From: the human T2T-CHM13v2.0 reference genome, Homo sapiens
Assembly: GCF_009914755.1 (NCBI RefSeq)
Contig: NC_060946.1
Length of the DNA: 64,000 nucleotides
Strand: one strand, 5' to 3'
Shown here: piece by piece, positions 34,113-50,619 of the stretch
How the letters are laid out: each line of letters begins with the position of its first letter
Numbering within the stretch: the stretch's first letter is position 1
The notes under the pieces: generated by a model
Databases searched by the model: none
Seen by the model: only the letters and a program-made list of their open reading frames with translations
What the model was told of the DNA's origin: nothing
Made by a program: the position numbers and the translations under genes

Positions 34113-36971
34113 TCAGGGAGGTCTGTGAGCTGTGAGCTCTCCAATAACTGCAAAGCCCTATAACTGCAAACAAGAGGCTGCTGACATGAATGCAGAGGGC
34201 ACCTTTCATAAGCACTAGCTGTGTGCCTGGCACCCTGCTGGGCACTTTTTTCAATTTTTTTTGTTTTTTTAAAGAGATGGGGTCTCACCATGTTTCCCAG
34301 GCTGCTCTTGAACTCGTGGGCCTGGGTGATCCTCCTACCTGTCTCCCAAAGTGATGGGATTACAGGCATGAGCCACCCGGTCCAGCGGATCATGAGGTCA
34401 GGAGATCGAGACCATCCTGGCTAACACGGTGATATCCCATCTCTACTAAAATACAAAAAATTAGCTGGGCATGGTGGCGGGCGCCTGTAGTCCCAGCTAC
34501 TCGGGAGGCTGCGGCAGGAGAATGGCGTGAACCTGGGAGGCAGAGCTTGCAGTGAGCCTAGACTGCGCCACTGCACTCCAGCGTGGGCGACAGAGCGAGA
34601 CTCCGTCTAAAAAAAAAAAAAAAAAAGGCTGGAGTGCATTGAGTGGTGAGAGATCATAGCTCACTGCGGCCTCGGACTCCTGGGCTCAAGCAATCCTCTG
34701 CCTCAGCCTCCCAAGTACCTGGGACTACAGGCACACACCACCGCACCTGGCTAATTTTTAGAAACAGGGTCTCGCTTCAAGTGATCCTCCCGCCTCAGCC
34801 TCCCAAAATGATGGGATTACAGGCATGAGTTACCCCATCTGGCCCAAGAATATTAGTGATTTCTATCATAATCATTGGTTATTTACTTATTCCAACATTT
34901 AATGAGCACCTGCTATGTGCTGGGAGCCTCAGCCTCCAAAGTCTACTCTTACCATGGACCTGTGCCTGAGAGAGATTGATGGGTTCTACCTGCGTAGGTG
35001 AGGGAAGGCCTCCTGCAGGAGGTAGCCTTCATGCAGAATTTTCAGTGGTGGGTAGGAAACAGGCAGGTGGAGAAGGGAAACAAGGATGTTACCAGCAAAG
35101 GGAATAGCCAGCGCAGAGCCACAGGCAGGAAAGGATGCAGCACGACTGGGGAACTGCAAGTGACTTAGTGAACGGAGGGTTTGGTGGAAGCCAGTGGGAA
35201 GACAGCATGCCTCTTTGGATGTGAGGTTCCACCCAAAACCACCCAAGGGCCCAGTCTGCAGCTGGGCCTATCCACCTGCAAGGGCTTGGGCTGCCTGGGC
35301 CTTCTTAGGCTATAGCAAGTGGAAAATAAACATCAAAGCGGAGGGAACACAGTCTCAGGCCTGGGGTGGAAACTGCTAAGAGGCTAGGACTTCCTGGCCA
35401 TGTGGCTTGGGAGAGTCACTTCCCTCATCTTAGCCACAGTCTCTTCAGCTGCAAAATCAGGGTGGATCCACTGACCTCAGAGGCTGCTGTGAAAATATGA
35501 GAAGCAGCTGACAAACCAGAGATGGATCTCAGGCTGGGGTCACCGGCCTCTCTGTGCATTGGATAATTTCCCTCTCTTCAGAAAAACGTGCTGATGAAGT
35601 TCTGCTGAAGAGGTTGGGGCTTCATTTGTACCCTCGATTCAGGGTCTGTGATGGAGAAAGCTAATTCAGAGCTACTTCCTGCGGGGAGGCAGGCTGAACA
35701 GGACATGAAGCCATTCCGAAATCCCTGCAACGACCCTTTGTCTTCATCAGGTGCTCAGTGAAATTCTCCCCTGAGACCTGTGACCAGAATCCTGTCAGTT
35801 ATTAGGATTTCAGTGACAGCATCCCCACCTTGGCTGATTTTTTTGTGTGTTTTTAGTAGAGATGGGGTTTCACCATGTTAGCCAGGCTGGTCTCGAACTC
35901 CTGACCTAAGGTGATCTGCCCGCCTCAGCCTCCCAAAGTGCTGGGATTACAGGTGTGAGCCACCGCACCCGGCCAGCTTCAGCATTTTATGTTCAGCAAA
36001 GGTGTTCGAAATTATGGAGCATAAACTCTGCTAAAGCATTTTCCCTGCAGTATCTAAGCTCAAAGAGATGAAGCAGCTTGCCCAAGGTTGCATGGCCAGG
36101 GCAGGAATCCTGGATCAGACCAGGCCAAGGCTGAAGAAAACAGCTCAAAGCAGGCAAGTCAGAAGTGAGCAGAAGACAGCAATGACCTGCACGATGGCTT
36201 AAGAAGAAAAAGCAGGGTGACTTGGGACACAGAAAGCAGCCTGGAACCCACAAAGCAGAAAGTAGCTTCCTGGTTACCCAGAGCTAGGGACCCCACTGTG
36301 GAAGGAGCTAGAGGGCCCAGCCCAGGGAACTAGGCCTGCCCAACACCCTCATCACCCTGCTGGACCCTGGCAAGGGAGGTATCCTGGCATCCTCGCAGTG
36401 AGGATGATAGGTGAGGGCTTCTAACTTGGAGTACTACACTCCAAGGTTCAAATCTCACTTCTGCTGCCACTTGCCAGCTGGTGATCTGGACAAAAGGTAT
36501 CACTTCTCTGAGCTTCTACTTTCTTCTCCAAAAAAGGAATAATAATACCCTTTTCTCAAGGAAGCTATTCAGAAGGCCAAGGAACTCCTGTGGGGTGCTG
36601 AGAAAGCATACCTAAAACACTAACATTAGGAGAACGGGACACAACAGCGTTTGGGTTCTGGCTTGAATCTGCTCCGTGACACTGGGCAAGTCCCCCGCCC
36701 ACTTTGGGACTCAGCCTTCTCTCTCCTATCACCTGGAGAATCGTCTTCCTAATAGACAAGGAAGATGCTCATCTCTCTATGATGCTTGCTGGGATGCAGC
36801 TTTTTCTAGTACCAGATTTCCAACCTGCTGGCTGAACAGAAAGGTGAAAACCAGCCAGGGGAGTTTGCCCAGGCACCCAATCATGGAGGCTGGGGGCATG
36901 GAGGGGACTTTTGGAGGGCGGTCTCAGGAGGGGCCAGGACTCCAGGGGAAGTTCCTTCTAGGTGCACTTAC

Positions 36972-37043
36972 CTCCCTTGGGCACTCTCATCTCTGGGCTC
37001 CAGCCCTTGTGCCTGTGTGCCAAGGCTGTCTGCTGGCAGAGCC
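36972..37043 (-). other. TPST2: TPST2 non-coding 5'-UTR exon (72 nt)
   Basis: Acceptor CCTTTGCCTCTCCAG ending at 37044 and consensus donor GAG|GTAAGT at 36971. Confidence 0.8.
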
Positions 37044-38959
37044 CTGGAGAGGCAAAGGAGATATTGCATCAGGGATGGGCACTGTGGAGAGGGGCCAAGC
37101 CTTCAAAGAGGCAGAGTGAGGGTTTAGGCTCCCAAGAGCACTGGACAGTGACATTTGGGAGAAGGACTCTGGAATGCAGGGGAGGCTGCTTCAGCTCAAG
37201 ATACCACAGCTGGAGTCTCAACTTATCTACTCCTACAGGGAATGAACTGGCTCACTTCTTAGGCAGAGAGGTGTGAGCTGAAGTCTGAGCTAAGGCGCCG
37301 CTGCCTTAGGGAGCCCCTGGTTTATGCCAACCAGGCCTCTCCCCTCCTCTTGGCCTAGGGACCTTGGACTCCAGGAAAAGTAAATATAACAATAAGCAAC
37401 AACAACCACCACTACACACCACTATTGCCACCTGAGATGGCTGGGTATGGTTGATCAGGTTGTGGACTGCACAATTCCAAATGGTACCACAGGCCCAGCC
37501 TACAAGGAATATGCTGCTTCCTGGAATTGAACACAACATCCTACTGTCACCACCTAACACTGACCAAATGCTGACCACGCAAATACCTGTGTCATTTAAA
37601 CCCCAATAAAAGGAAAGTGTGATGATCCCAATTTTACAGATGAGAAAGCATGACACCAAGAGGAAGAGCAACTTACCCAAGGAATGGATGGAAAGAGTTT
37701 CACCATCCAGATCTGTAAGACCTTCCTAACACTTAATCTCCCATGGTTACAGGAACGAGGCTGTGTCCACGATGAGTCCTGGCATGTAGCCAGAACCAGG
37801 CCAAAGTGGAATCAAGGGGATCCTTATAGCTTTAGGGCAGGGAGTATATATCTCCCAGTGCTGTGTCCTTACCATTTAGGGTAGGGAAGATTTTTAGTCC
37901 AATTCAAACCTTCCCCCATTTTACAGATGGGACAACTGAGGCCCACAAGGAAAAATCATTTTACAGACTCACATACTGAGTCTGAAGCTAAACCTCCCAC
38001 CTGTCAGTCCTGTTTCAGGAGGTGGGTAGTTTGGAATGCAGCTCTGGAGTTGGCCAACTCCTTGAGTATACATATCACTCCTCTCAGACTTTTCCTATTC
38101 TGTAAACAGGAGATTTTAACCAGGGTAACAACACTTTAAAATGTCAGCTTTTTAAATCTCAGCCAGGCCTGGGGTGGTGGCTCACGCCTGTGATCCCAGC
38201 ACTTTGGGAGGCAGAGGCAGGAGGATCACTTGAGCCCAGGAGTTAGAGACCAGCCTGGGCAATATGGGGAGACCCAGTCTCTACAAAAAATAAAAAGTTA
38301 TCCAGGTGATGGTACCTGCCTATAGTCCCGGCTACTTGGGAGGCTTAGATGGGAGGATTGCTGAAGCCCAGGAGGTCGAGGCTGCAGCGAGCTGTGATTG
38401 CATCACTGCACTACAGTCTGGGCAACAGAGCAAGACCACGTCTCAAAAAAAAAAAAAAAGAAAAAAAAAACTCAGCTTTTATTATTTGTGCCATGATGGC
38501 AATAAACCGGCTGCAGGGTGTTGACTGCATTTCTTGGTCCTCCATTCCTTCCTATTCACTCACTCCTTTTCTCCATACCATTTTCCTATTCCTGAAATAT
38601 CAGGCCAATTAGGACATCTAAACCCAGATGGAAAAGGGAACCAAGGTGTAACCACAGCAACTAGACCCCCCCACAGCAGGCCACCCCCAAACTATAGATA
38701 CTCAAGCCCCGGCACTCCTGGGACATGGGCGGTCAATGATGTGAGGCCTGCTCTCTTGGAATAAACAAAACCAATTAGGAACCAGGCACTTGAAGCTCTT
38801 CCAGAGGCAGGATGGCTCGCCCAGCTGCCCTCAGACAGCTCTTGAAATGCCAGCGAGCCCAAGAGGCCTGCCAGCCAGGCAGCTCCCATGGCCCACGAGC
38901 CCAGCCATCCCCCTCCAGGGAACACAGGCCCTTTCAGAGCAATGGAACAGGGCTGTCAG

Positions 38960-39405
38960 GGCTGTCAGTCATTTGGAGCTGTGCATCCAACATGCAGCTA
39001 CCAGCCACATGTAACTATTTGAACTCACCTTATGCAACATTAAATACAATTAAGAATCCAGCTTCTCATTTGCACTAGCCACACTGCAAGTGCCCAGAAG
39101 CCACATGTGACCAGTGGCTACTGTACTGGACAGTGCACATTTAGGATGGGGTAGGCCAATGATGGCCCAATCCAACCCAGGGCCTGTTTTCAAATCACTC
39201 TTGAACTAAGAATGATTTGTAAATTTTATCAAGGGAAGAGGGTGAAGGGAAGAGGAAGAGGAGAGAGAGGAGGAGGAGCAATGGCAATAGAAACCACATG
39301 AACACCACAAAATTGGAAACATTTACTATCTGGACATTTATAGAAATTTGCTGACCTCTGCACTAGAACATTCCCATCACTGCAGAGTGTTCTGCTGGGC
39401 AGTGC
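38960..39405. mobile_element. MER3-like and MER58-like hAT fragments
   Basis: Motifs cactagccacactgcaagtgc...cacatgtgaccagtggctactgtactggacag and atttactatctggacatttta. Confidence 0.5.
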
Positions 39406-40459
39406 TGATTAGAGGGCAAATGAGAGGGAGAGGTAGGAGTCAAAGAGCTCTCCTTTTTTTCTTTTTTTGTTGAGATGGGGTCTCACTCTGTCCAGCCCAG
39501 GCTGGAGTGCAGTGGCATGATCTTCGTTCACTGCAGCCTTGACTTCCTCGAGCTCAAGCGATCCTCCCAGATCCTCCCATCTCAGCCTCCCAGGTATCCA
39601 GGACTACAGGTGCATGCCACCATGCCTGGCTAATATTTGTATTTTTGTGTAGAGATGGAGTCCCGCTATGTTGCCCAGGCTGGTCTCAAACTCCTGGACT
39701 CAAGCAATACTCTTGCCTGTGCCTCCCAAAGTGCTGGGATTTCAGGTGTGGGCCACTTCACCCAGCCCCTCCTTTTCTTGTAGGAGGAATATATTAAATA
39801 CACAGCACCCCTGTGTATTTAACACCAAAGCAAGGGCTTTCCATGCCCTACCTGGTTTCATACTCACATCAGCCCAGTCAGGCAGGTGGTGGCATGTTCT
39901 CCATTTTAAGCTAAGAAAGGCCCACGTGGGTGCAGGGTGAGCACGACTCTACCACACAGCAAAATCGCCAACAAATAGAAACCACACTTAAGAAAAAAGA
40001 CAAGAAGGAAATATGACTCAACTGCTACCAGTTAACCAAGCAGGGGGTGGTGCACGCCTGTAGTCCCAGCTACTCGGGAGGCCGAGGTTGGGGGATTGCT
40101 TGAGCCCAGGAGATCAAGGCTGCAGTGAACTATGATCGAGCCACTGTACTCCAGCTTGGATGACAGAATGAGACTGCCTCAAAACAAAGAAACAAAAAAC
40201 ATTGCTACCAGGGGTGGTACTCGGGTGGTAGGTGATATTTTTCTCCTAAAAACATAACTTGATGGTGTCATCTTATTGTCTTTCCATATGATAAAATAAT
40301 AAAGTGACTAGTAATTTTTGAATTGTATGCCATACATGTTATGGGCCCAGACTGCTTGGGTTCAACATTCTGCTGCACCAGCTACTGGCTGAAGGACCTT
40401 GGCAAGTCACTTAGCCTCTCTGAGACTTGGTTTTCTCGTCTGTAAAATGGGGATGATAA

Positions 40460-41457
<998 letters not shown>

Positions 41458-41763
41458 CTAGTCTTGCAGGAGTGCTGGGAGGTATAAATAAATTAGGGCA
41501 TGTCGGAACAGCACCTGGCCCAGAGCAAGTGCTACCTGCCTGCTGGCTCTTGTTTTCAGCAAATCCTTGTATGGTGGAGATTTTTATCCCCATCTGAGAA
41601 GTGAAGAAATTGAAGCTCCAAGAGATGGAGTGATTAGCAGAAGCCAAACAACAAGTAAGAGGAAAGGCCAGTTTCCAAATGCGGTTCTGCCTCCAAGGTG
41701 CCAACCCTAGCGTGGTGTCATGCGGCTCATAAAACAGGGGCAGCAGCCAGGCACAGGGGCTCA

Positions 41764-42074
<311 letters not shown>

Positions 42075-42235
42075 TTAAGCCAGAATCGGTTGTTGGAAAC
42101 AGTGGGGTTTCATTTCAGCAGGTGTGGTGACTCACACCTATAATCCCAGCACTTTGGGAGGCCGAGGCAGGTGGATCACGAAGTCAGGAGATCGAGACCA
42201 TCCTGGCTAACACGGTGAAACCCCCCTCTCTACTA

Positions 42236-42544
<309 letters not shown>

Positions 42545-43444
42545 TCATTCCACCAATGTTTACTGAGCAAGTACCATGTGCGGGGCCCTGCTCAAGATAC
42601 TGGGATACATCAAGGGCAACAGACAAAGGTTCCTGCCTTCATAGAGCTGACATTCCAGTGGGGAGCCAAGAAACCAGTATGTGAGACAATGACACCAGTG
42701 ATAAAGGCTCAGAAGCAAATGCCCATGATGAGAGGTGGAGGCATTCCCCAGGGGTTAAAGAAGGAAAGAAGGGAGTGACATTTGCATTGAGACCACACTG
42801 AATTTTGGCTCAAATCTATAGGAACTTTCTAAATCATCATTTCTCCAAGCTCAGCAGATCAGGAGGTTCCCAAGAGAAAAGCGGCAGGGGGGCAGGGAGG
42901 GGACAACAGCGGGGAGCTGGCAGTGCACAAAGCCAGCTCAGGAGGTCACTGCACTTACAGAGTGGCCCTGGAGCAGGGCCCAGTGCCCACGTGCTCAGGC
43001 TCAGCCATCAGCCCTGCAATTCCTCCCCATGGGAACCAGCTCCCAACATTCCATTGCCATGGCTATTCCCAACCCTACCAGACCACGCTGACCACACCAC
43101 CTCCCACCCACCACGCCTCAACCTTCTGCAGAGCTGGGGAGACGCAGGTCTCTTGGGCAGGGTCCCTGGGAATCAGGGACCTCTGACCTATTGCGGGGGG
43201 AAGCCAGCCAAGAAAGCCCTCCAGATTCCAATGGGGTGTGAGTAAGGGAAAAATAATTCTGAAGCTCTGGACACTGCTTGAGCATAAAAAGCATGAAGAG
43301 TGGTTCAAGAGGGAAAAAGGGCAGGGAGGCTGGCATGCAGCCTTAAAAATATTAGCTCAGGCCAGGCACAGTGGCTCACGCCAGGCATGGTGGCTCATGC
43401 CTATAATCCCGGCACTTTGGGAGGCTGAGGGGGATGGATTGCTA

Positions 43445-43771
<327 letters not shown>

Positions 43772-45079
43772 CTATTTGACCCTCCCTTATTAACCATCCA
43801 TTTCCTGGGGCTCAGAGACGTAAAGGAACCTGCCGAAGGCCATGCAGCTGGGAGGCAGGGGAGCTAGAAGGAAAACTCAAGTCTCTCTCTTTCCAGAGCC
43901 TGTGTTCTCCTCCCTGTCTTGCTTTGCATTTTTTTTTACCTAAAACCATCAAAGCAGGGTCCCACACACTGTCCCAGTCTCCCGTTCAGAGGCCCAGTTC
44001 AGCACTCTGTTAGGGACTAGCCAGGGGTGGGGACTGATGAGGCTGGGGGTCACATCCTGGCTCCCCCACTCAAAGGCTGGGTGTCCTGGGTCAATCTTGG
44101 GCAGCTCTCTGAGCCTCAGTGTTCTCATCTGAGAAATGGGAATAACACCTGGAAGAGTGTCATGGGAACTATGTAACTTCCATCAAGCCAGGCAGAGCCA
44201 GCATAAGAAAACTATTACCATTTAATTCTTTTCCTTTTCTTTTCTTTTTCTTTTTTTTTTTTTTTTTTTTTTGAGACAGGTTCTTGCTCTGTTGCTCAGG
44301 CTAGAATACAGCGGTGCAATCATGGCTCACTGCAGCCTCAAACACCTGGGCTCAAGCACATTCTCCCATCTCAGCCTCCCAAGTAGCTAGTGCACCACCA
44401 TGCCCGGCTAATATTTTATTTTTTGTAGAAATGGGGTCTTAATACATTGTCCAGGCTGGTCTCAAACTCCTGGGCTCAAGTAATCCTCCTGCCTAGGCCT
44501 CTCAAAGTGCTGGGATTGCAGGCATGGGCCACTACGCCTGGCCGCCTTTTGATGTTAGGATCAGTCATTACAGCACATGGATAAAGACTGGCAGGGACAT
44601 ACACACAAACTAAGGAACGCGTGGTCCGGTCAGGTGGGATCAGGGGTGACTTCTTCTCCCTGTTCGTTGTCATTTAGAGTCAAAATGTACAGGGCCAACT
44701 GTGCATTTTTACTCTAATGACAACCCTGGAGGGTGGGCGCTATTATTAGCCACGTTTTACCGAAGGGGAAACTGAGGCTTAGAGCGGTGAAATGCTTTGT
44801 TGGAGGTCACACAGATGGTAATTGGTTGAGCCTGAACTGAAACTCAGGCTATCTGATGCCAGAACCCAAACTGTTTCCCCAACTTTCGACGACCCTGCTT
44901 TATCATCTCTCTTGGGGGTAGGCAAGCTTCTGTGAAGTCATAAAACCCATGTTTTTGGCTCTGTGGGCCACAAGAGCTCCACTGCGAGTTTGCAACTGTA
45001 ATGCAAACAACCAAGATGACACATACATGAAGGCAAGTGGCTGCGTTTCCATAAGACTAGTTACGAAAACAGGCGGTCA

Positions 45080-45476
<397 letters not shown>

Positions 45477-46016
45477 TCAGTGCAACCTGGGCAAACTCAC
45501 AAAGCACAAATACAGTGAGCCGAGGTGGAAGCCAGTTTTGGTTCTGGGACTTTTCTCAGTAGGGACTGTGGGAGGACCCAGGTGGCCAGCCTTTGGTAAG
45601 AGAAAAATGTACAATTCGGGAAAACAAATAGTTGATTGAAAAGAAAAAGAAGTGCACACTCATGCATAGGGAATCATCCAGCATCCTGTCTGTTGCCACG
45701 TAAGGACTAGCAGAGAGGCTTGTGCATGCCTGGCAGTTTTTTTTTTTTTTTTTAAAGAGACAGGGTCTCCTTCTGTCTCAAAGGCTGGAGTGCAGTGGAG
45801 TGATCACTGTTCACTGCAGCCTTGAAACTCCTGGTCTCAAATGATCTGTCTGCCCCAGCCTGCCAAGTAGCTGGGACTACAGGCAAGTGCCACCATGCCC
45901 AGTTAATTTTTTATTTTTGTGGAGACGGGGTCTCACTATGTTGCCCAGGCCAGTCTGAGTTTAATCCTCCCACCTCAGCCTCCCAAAGTGCTAGGATTAT
46001 AGGCATGAGCTACTGC

Positions 46017-46375
46017 ACCTGGCTGGCAGTTTTATATACAGTCGCCCCTCGGTATCATAAGGGACTGATTACAGAATATCCCTCGAATACCAGTATACAT
46101 CAAGTCCCTTATATAAAATGATGTAATATTTGCATAAAACCTACACGTATCCTCCCATATACTTTAAATCAGTGCTAGATCAATTATACTACCTAATACA
46201 ATCTAAATGCTATGTAGGTAGTTGTTACACTGTATTGTTTAGAGAACAATCACAGGACAAAAAAGCTCTGTTCATGTTCAGTACAGATGCAACCACCCAT
46301 TTTTTCCCGAATATTTTTGATCCACTGTCGGCTGAATCCCCGCATGCAGAACCCAAGAAGACGGACAGCCAACAA
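46017..46375. mobile_element. MER2 (Tigger-family) element
   Basis: tacagtcgccctcggtatc start; caagtcccttatataaaatg, gttcagtacagatgcaacc. Confidence 0.75.
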
Positions 46376-46949
46376 TATATTTTGACCCTCATGACAGGCT
46401 TGGAGGGTAGGCACTATTATTATTAGCCACGTTTTACAGAAGGGGAAACTGAGGCTTAGAGAGGTGAAGTGCTTTGTTGGAGATCACACAGATGATAAGT
46501 GGCTGAGTTTGATCTGGAACTCAGGTCTATCTGATGCCGGAACCCAAGCTCTTAACTACCTCTTCCAAATCTCGACCCCACCCCATACACAGATGGGGAA
46601 GCTATGTGCCCCAGGTCAGACAGCTGCTCAGAGTAGTGCCCGGCTCAGACTCCTGGACCATCTCCCAGTCTTGCCCCTGACACCTGGCACAGCCCCTGCT
46701 CAGGACTTCCTGCCCAGAAACACAGAGGGCCCCTGCCTGGTAAACAAGGCAAACAGGAAAGGGCCAGCGTGATCTTGTAGGGACCAGTGCTTCCTGAGCC
46801 CTCACCCCCACCCACCATGGGATCCCGTCTCTACTCCTCTGTCCAGAAGCTGTCAGAGGTAGGGGACTGAGCATAGGGGCAGGAATCCTCCACACCTGGC
46901 TGATTCCTAGCAATGCAGCCCTGGGTTGGGGGTCAGTGGGGAGGTGTTA

Positions 46950-47346
<397 letters not shown>

Positions 47347-47477
47347 TTACTACCTGACTGTTATTCCTTCCCTTTAGGGTAGTGGTTAAACTTTGGTGTG
47401 CTTCTGAATAGCCCAAAACTTTAAAAGGCAGATTTCCTGGGGCCTGCCCTCAAATATTCTGATTTGGAAGAGGCAAG

Positions 47478-47533
47478 GTGGAGCTGAGGGAATTTGCATT
47501 TTAACGTGGAGCTGAGGGAATTTGCATTTTAAC
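47478..47533 (+). repeat. Perfect 28-bp tandem duplication within a MER5-like remnant
   Basis: GTGGAGCTGAGGGAATTTGCATTTTAAC x2. Confidence 0.95.
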
Positions 47534-47578
47534 AAGCGCTGCCCCTTGCTCCCTCTCTGTGAAACACCGCTTAAGGCA

Positions 47579-47690
47579 CTGAACTCAGCGTTCTAGTAGG
47601 CTGGTGCAAAAGTAATGCAGTTTTTGCCACTGAAAGTAATACCAAAGACCGCAATTACTTTTGCACCAGCTAACTATTCACTGGCTGCCC
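47579..47690 (-). ncRNA. MIR548J: pre-miR-548j hairpin derived from a MADE1 MITE (about 47596-47673)
   Basis: Palindrome GCTGGTGCAAAAGTAAT...ATTACTTTTGCACCAGC. Minus-strand 47662-47641 reads AAAAGUAAUUGCGGUCUUUGGU (miR-548j-5p as I recall it); 3p arm 47626-47606; sense to TPST2. Confidence 0.9.
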
Positions 47691-48574
47691 ACCTGGGCCA
47701 GGCTCAGGAATGCAATCATCGTGGAGTGCAGGGGTCAGGAGTGTAGACCTAAAGTTGGACAGACCCAGGCGATCTTGGTGTGGCCACTCACCAGTGGCCT
47801 TGAGCCAGTGACTTCTTGTCTCTGAGCCTCACTCACCTGTTATAACGTTTAACATTTCCAAAATAAGTCTGAAAACGGCACCTACCTTGTGGAGCTGTTG
47901 TGAAGCTGGCAAAGAGTGTGAGCTCAGAGGCATCAGCTACAATTCTGTACCATTATTTATTAGGACGGACACAGTCCTGCCCATAATGAGTGTCACGGCC
48001 ATTGAGCCGGCAGACAATCAACCCAGTGGGATGGATGCCCAGACAGACTGGGGTGTGCAGGAGGCGGTGGGAACACGTTCAGGGCACGCTGGAGCACCCA
48101 GTGTCACGTCCTGCCCAGAAGACCTAATAACACCCAACAGACAGGCACCACAACAAAGTGGCATCGACTCCCACTGCAGGCCTCCCACGGCAACCCTGTG
48201 GGGGAGACAGCCCCTCTCTGGCTGGATCATGAATAAGAAATCCAGAGGCGGAATGGGCTGCTCACACTCTGCTCACACTCACACAGCAGGTGCAGGGCAG
48301 CATGAGGACTCAAACCCAGGTCTAATGGGTTCTTCCACCATTTTGTGCCATGGATCTCTTCAACCATCTGGTGAAATCTATGGGCCCCTTCCCAGAATAA
48401 TGCTTTTAAATGGAATACAATAAAATATACAGGATGAAAAGGAAACCAACATAGTAAACTTTGGCTAAGAATGTGATTACAAAAATTGCTGTGAAATATT
48501 ATCTGTAACCTATCTGCTCCTTTATTAAAGCAATCAATAACAAGATCTAGTAGCAGACAGAATAATCACTGTCA

Positions 48575-48905
<331 letters not shown>

Positions 48906-50172
48906 TCAAAAAAAAAGTGTGGTTTCTACTGGTGATGCGAGTGCTGCCACTACTACTGTGATTTATCACCTATGTTGTCACCTGGAGGAAATGTTAAACT
49001 AGGGTCAATAAAGATGTAATTTTCCCCTCATCCAAATTCCTAGGCCCCCGAATGCAGCCTGGAACCCCAATTAAGAATCGCTGCCAGCATCTGGCTCCGT
49101 TATGGACACAAAATCTATGGCTGTTAGGGCCAGGGAGCCATGGTCCTGCCTCAGGAGTCTAGATTCACCTTCCTTCCCATTCCTGCCCGTTTCCTCGCCC
49201 CACCATCAAACACAAGAGCAGTAGGGATTTGCACCAGAAACACTTGATGGCATATTGTGGAGCATGGTTTGCATGTTCTGATTTTATTTTAAGAAGTAAA
49301 AGTGGCCAGGAGCAGCGGCTCATGCCTGTGATCCCAGCTGCTCACAAAGCTGAGGCAGGAAGACAGCTTGAGCCCAGGAATTTGAGACCCAGCCTGCGGC
49401 TATCAACATAGCAAGCCCCAAATATAAGTAGGTAGGAGATGGCAACTGTTATAAAAGAACCATGGCTCCTCTCCACGCTGGCATCACACACTGGCATGTG
49501 ACCTTGGCTACTAAGTTAGCAGTGTGAAGGCCAACAGGGACCAAAGTGGGGGTGACCCTGGCAGAGGCACTGTACACATGGCCCTGAGGGAAAGCAAACA
49601 TCCGCAGTGGATGAGGGGAGGCACAGGCAGGTGGTCAGAGTCCCATGCTGCCAGCCAGACTGGGCGTGCACCTGCATCTACCCCAGACCCTTGGCAGCAT
49701 CACCTCCACTCTCTGGGCCTGAGTTTCCTCATCTGTAAAATGGGCCCAATAATTCTTACTAGCGATGCTGCTGTGAGGATTAAGTGAGATAGGGGCTTAA
49801 TAAGGGAAAGACCAGAGGGGTGTGGCTAATGCCTTGCAGCTCTTCAATAACTGTGAGTCCCATCTGAATCTACCGATGAGAAATCAGCAGTGGTGAGCAG
49901 GAAAAGTGGGGAAAGGAGATTGGCAAGCTCTAGACTGTGCCAGGCTTTGAATGCCAGGTAAGGAGCTTGGAGTTATCCTGGGGACGGTGGGAAATTGTGA
50001 GCATTGGTCTGGTTGTGACCTGGGAGGGGACACAGGCTCTCTCTGGTGTAGGATGCCTGAAAAGACAAGGGCTGGAGGCCAAGTGATAGCTGCTGGGGGA
50101 CCCAGGGAGCCATCTCAAAGAAGAGAGATGGGGTCAGACGTGGTGGCCCATGTCTGTAATCTCAGCACTTCA

Positions 50173-50619
<447 letters not shown>

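Noticed and set aside
47887-48423. 178-aa ORF
   Set aside because: Non-ATG start, overlaps MIR and DNA-transposon remnants, no recognisable domain
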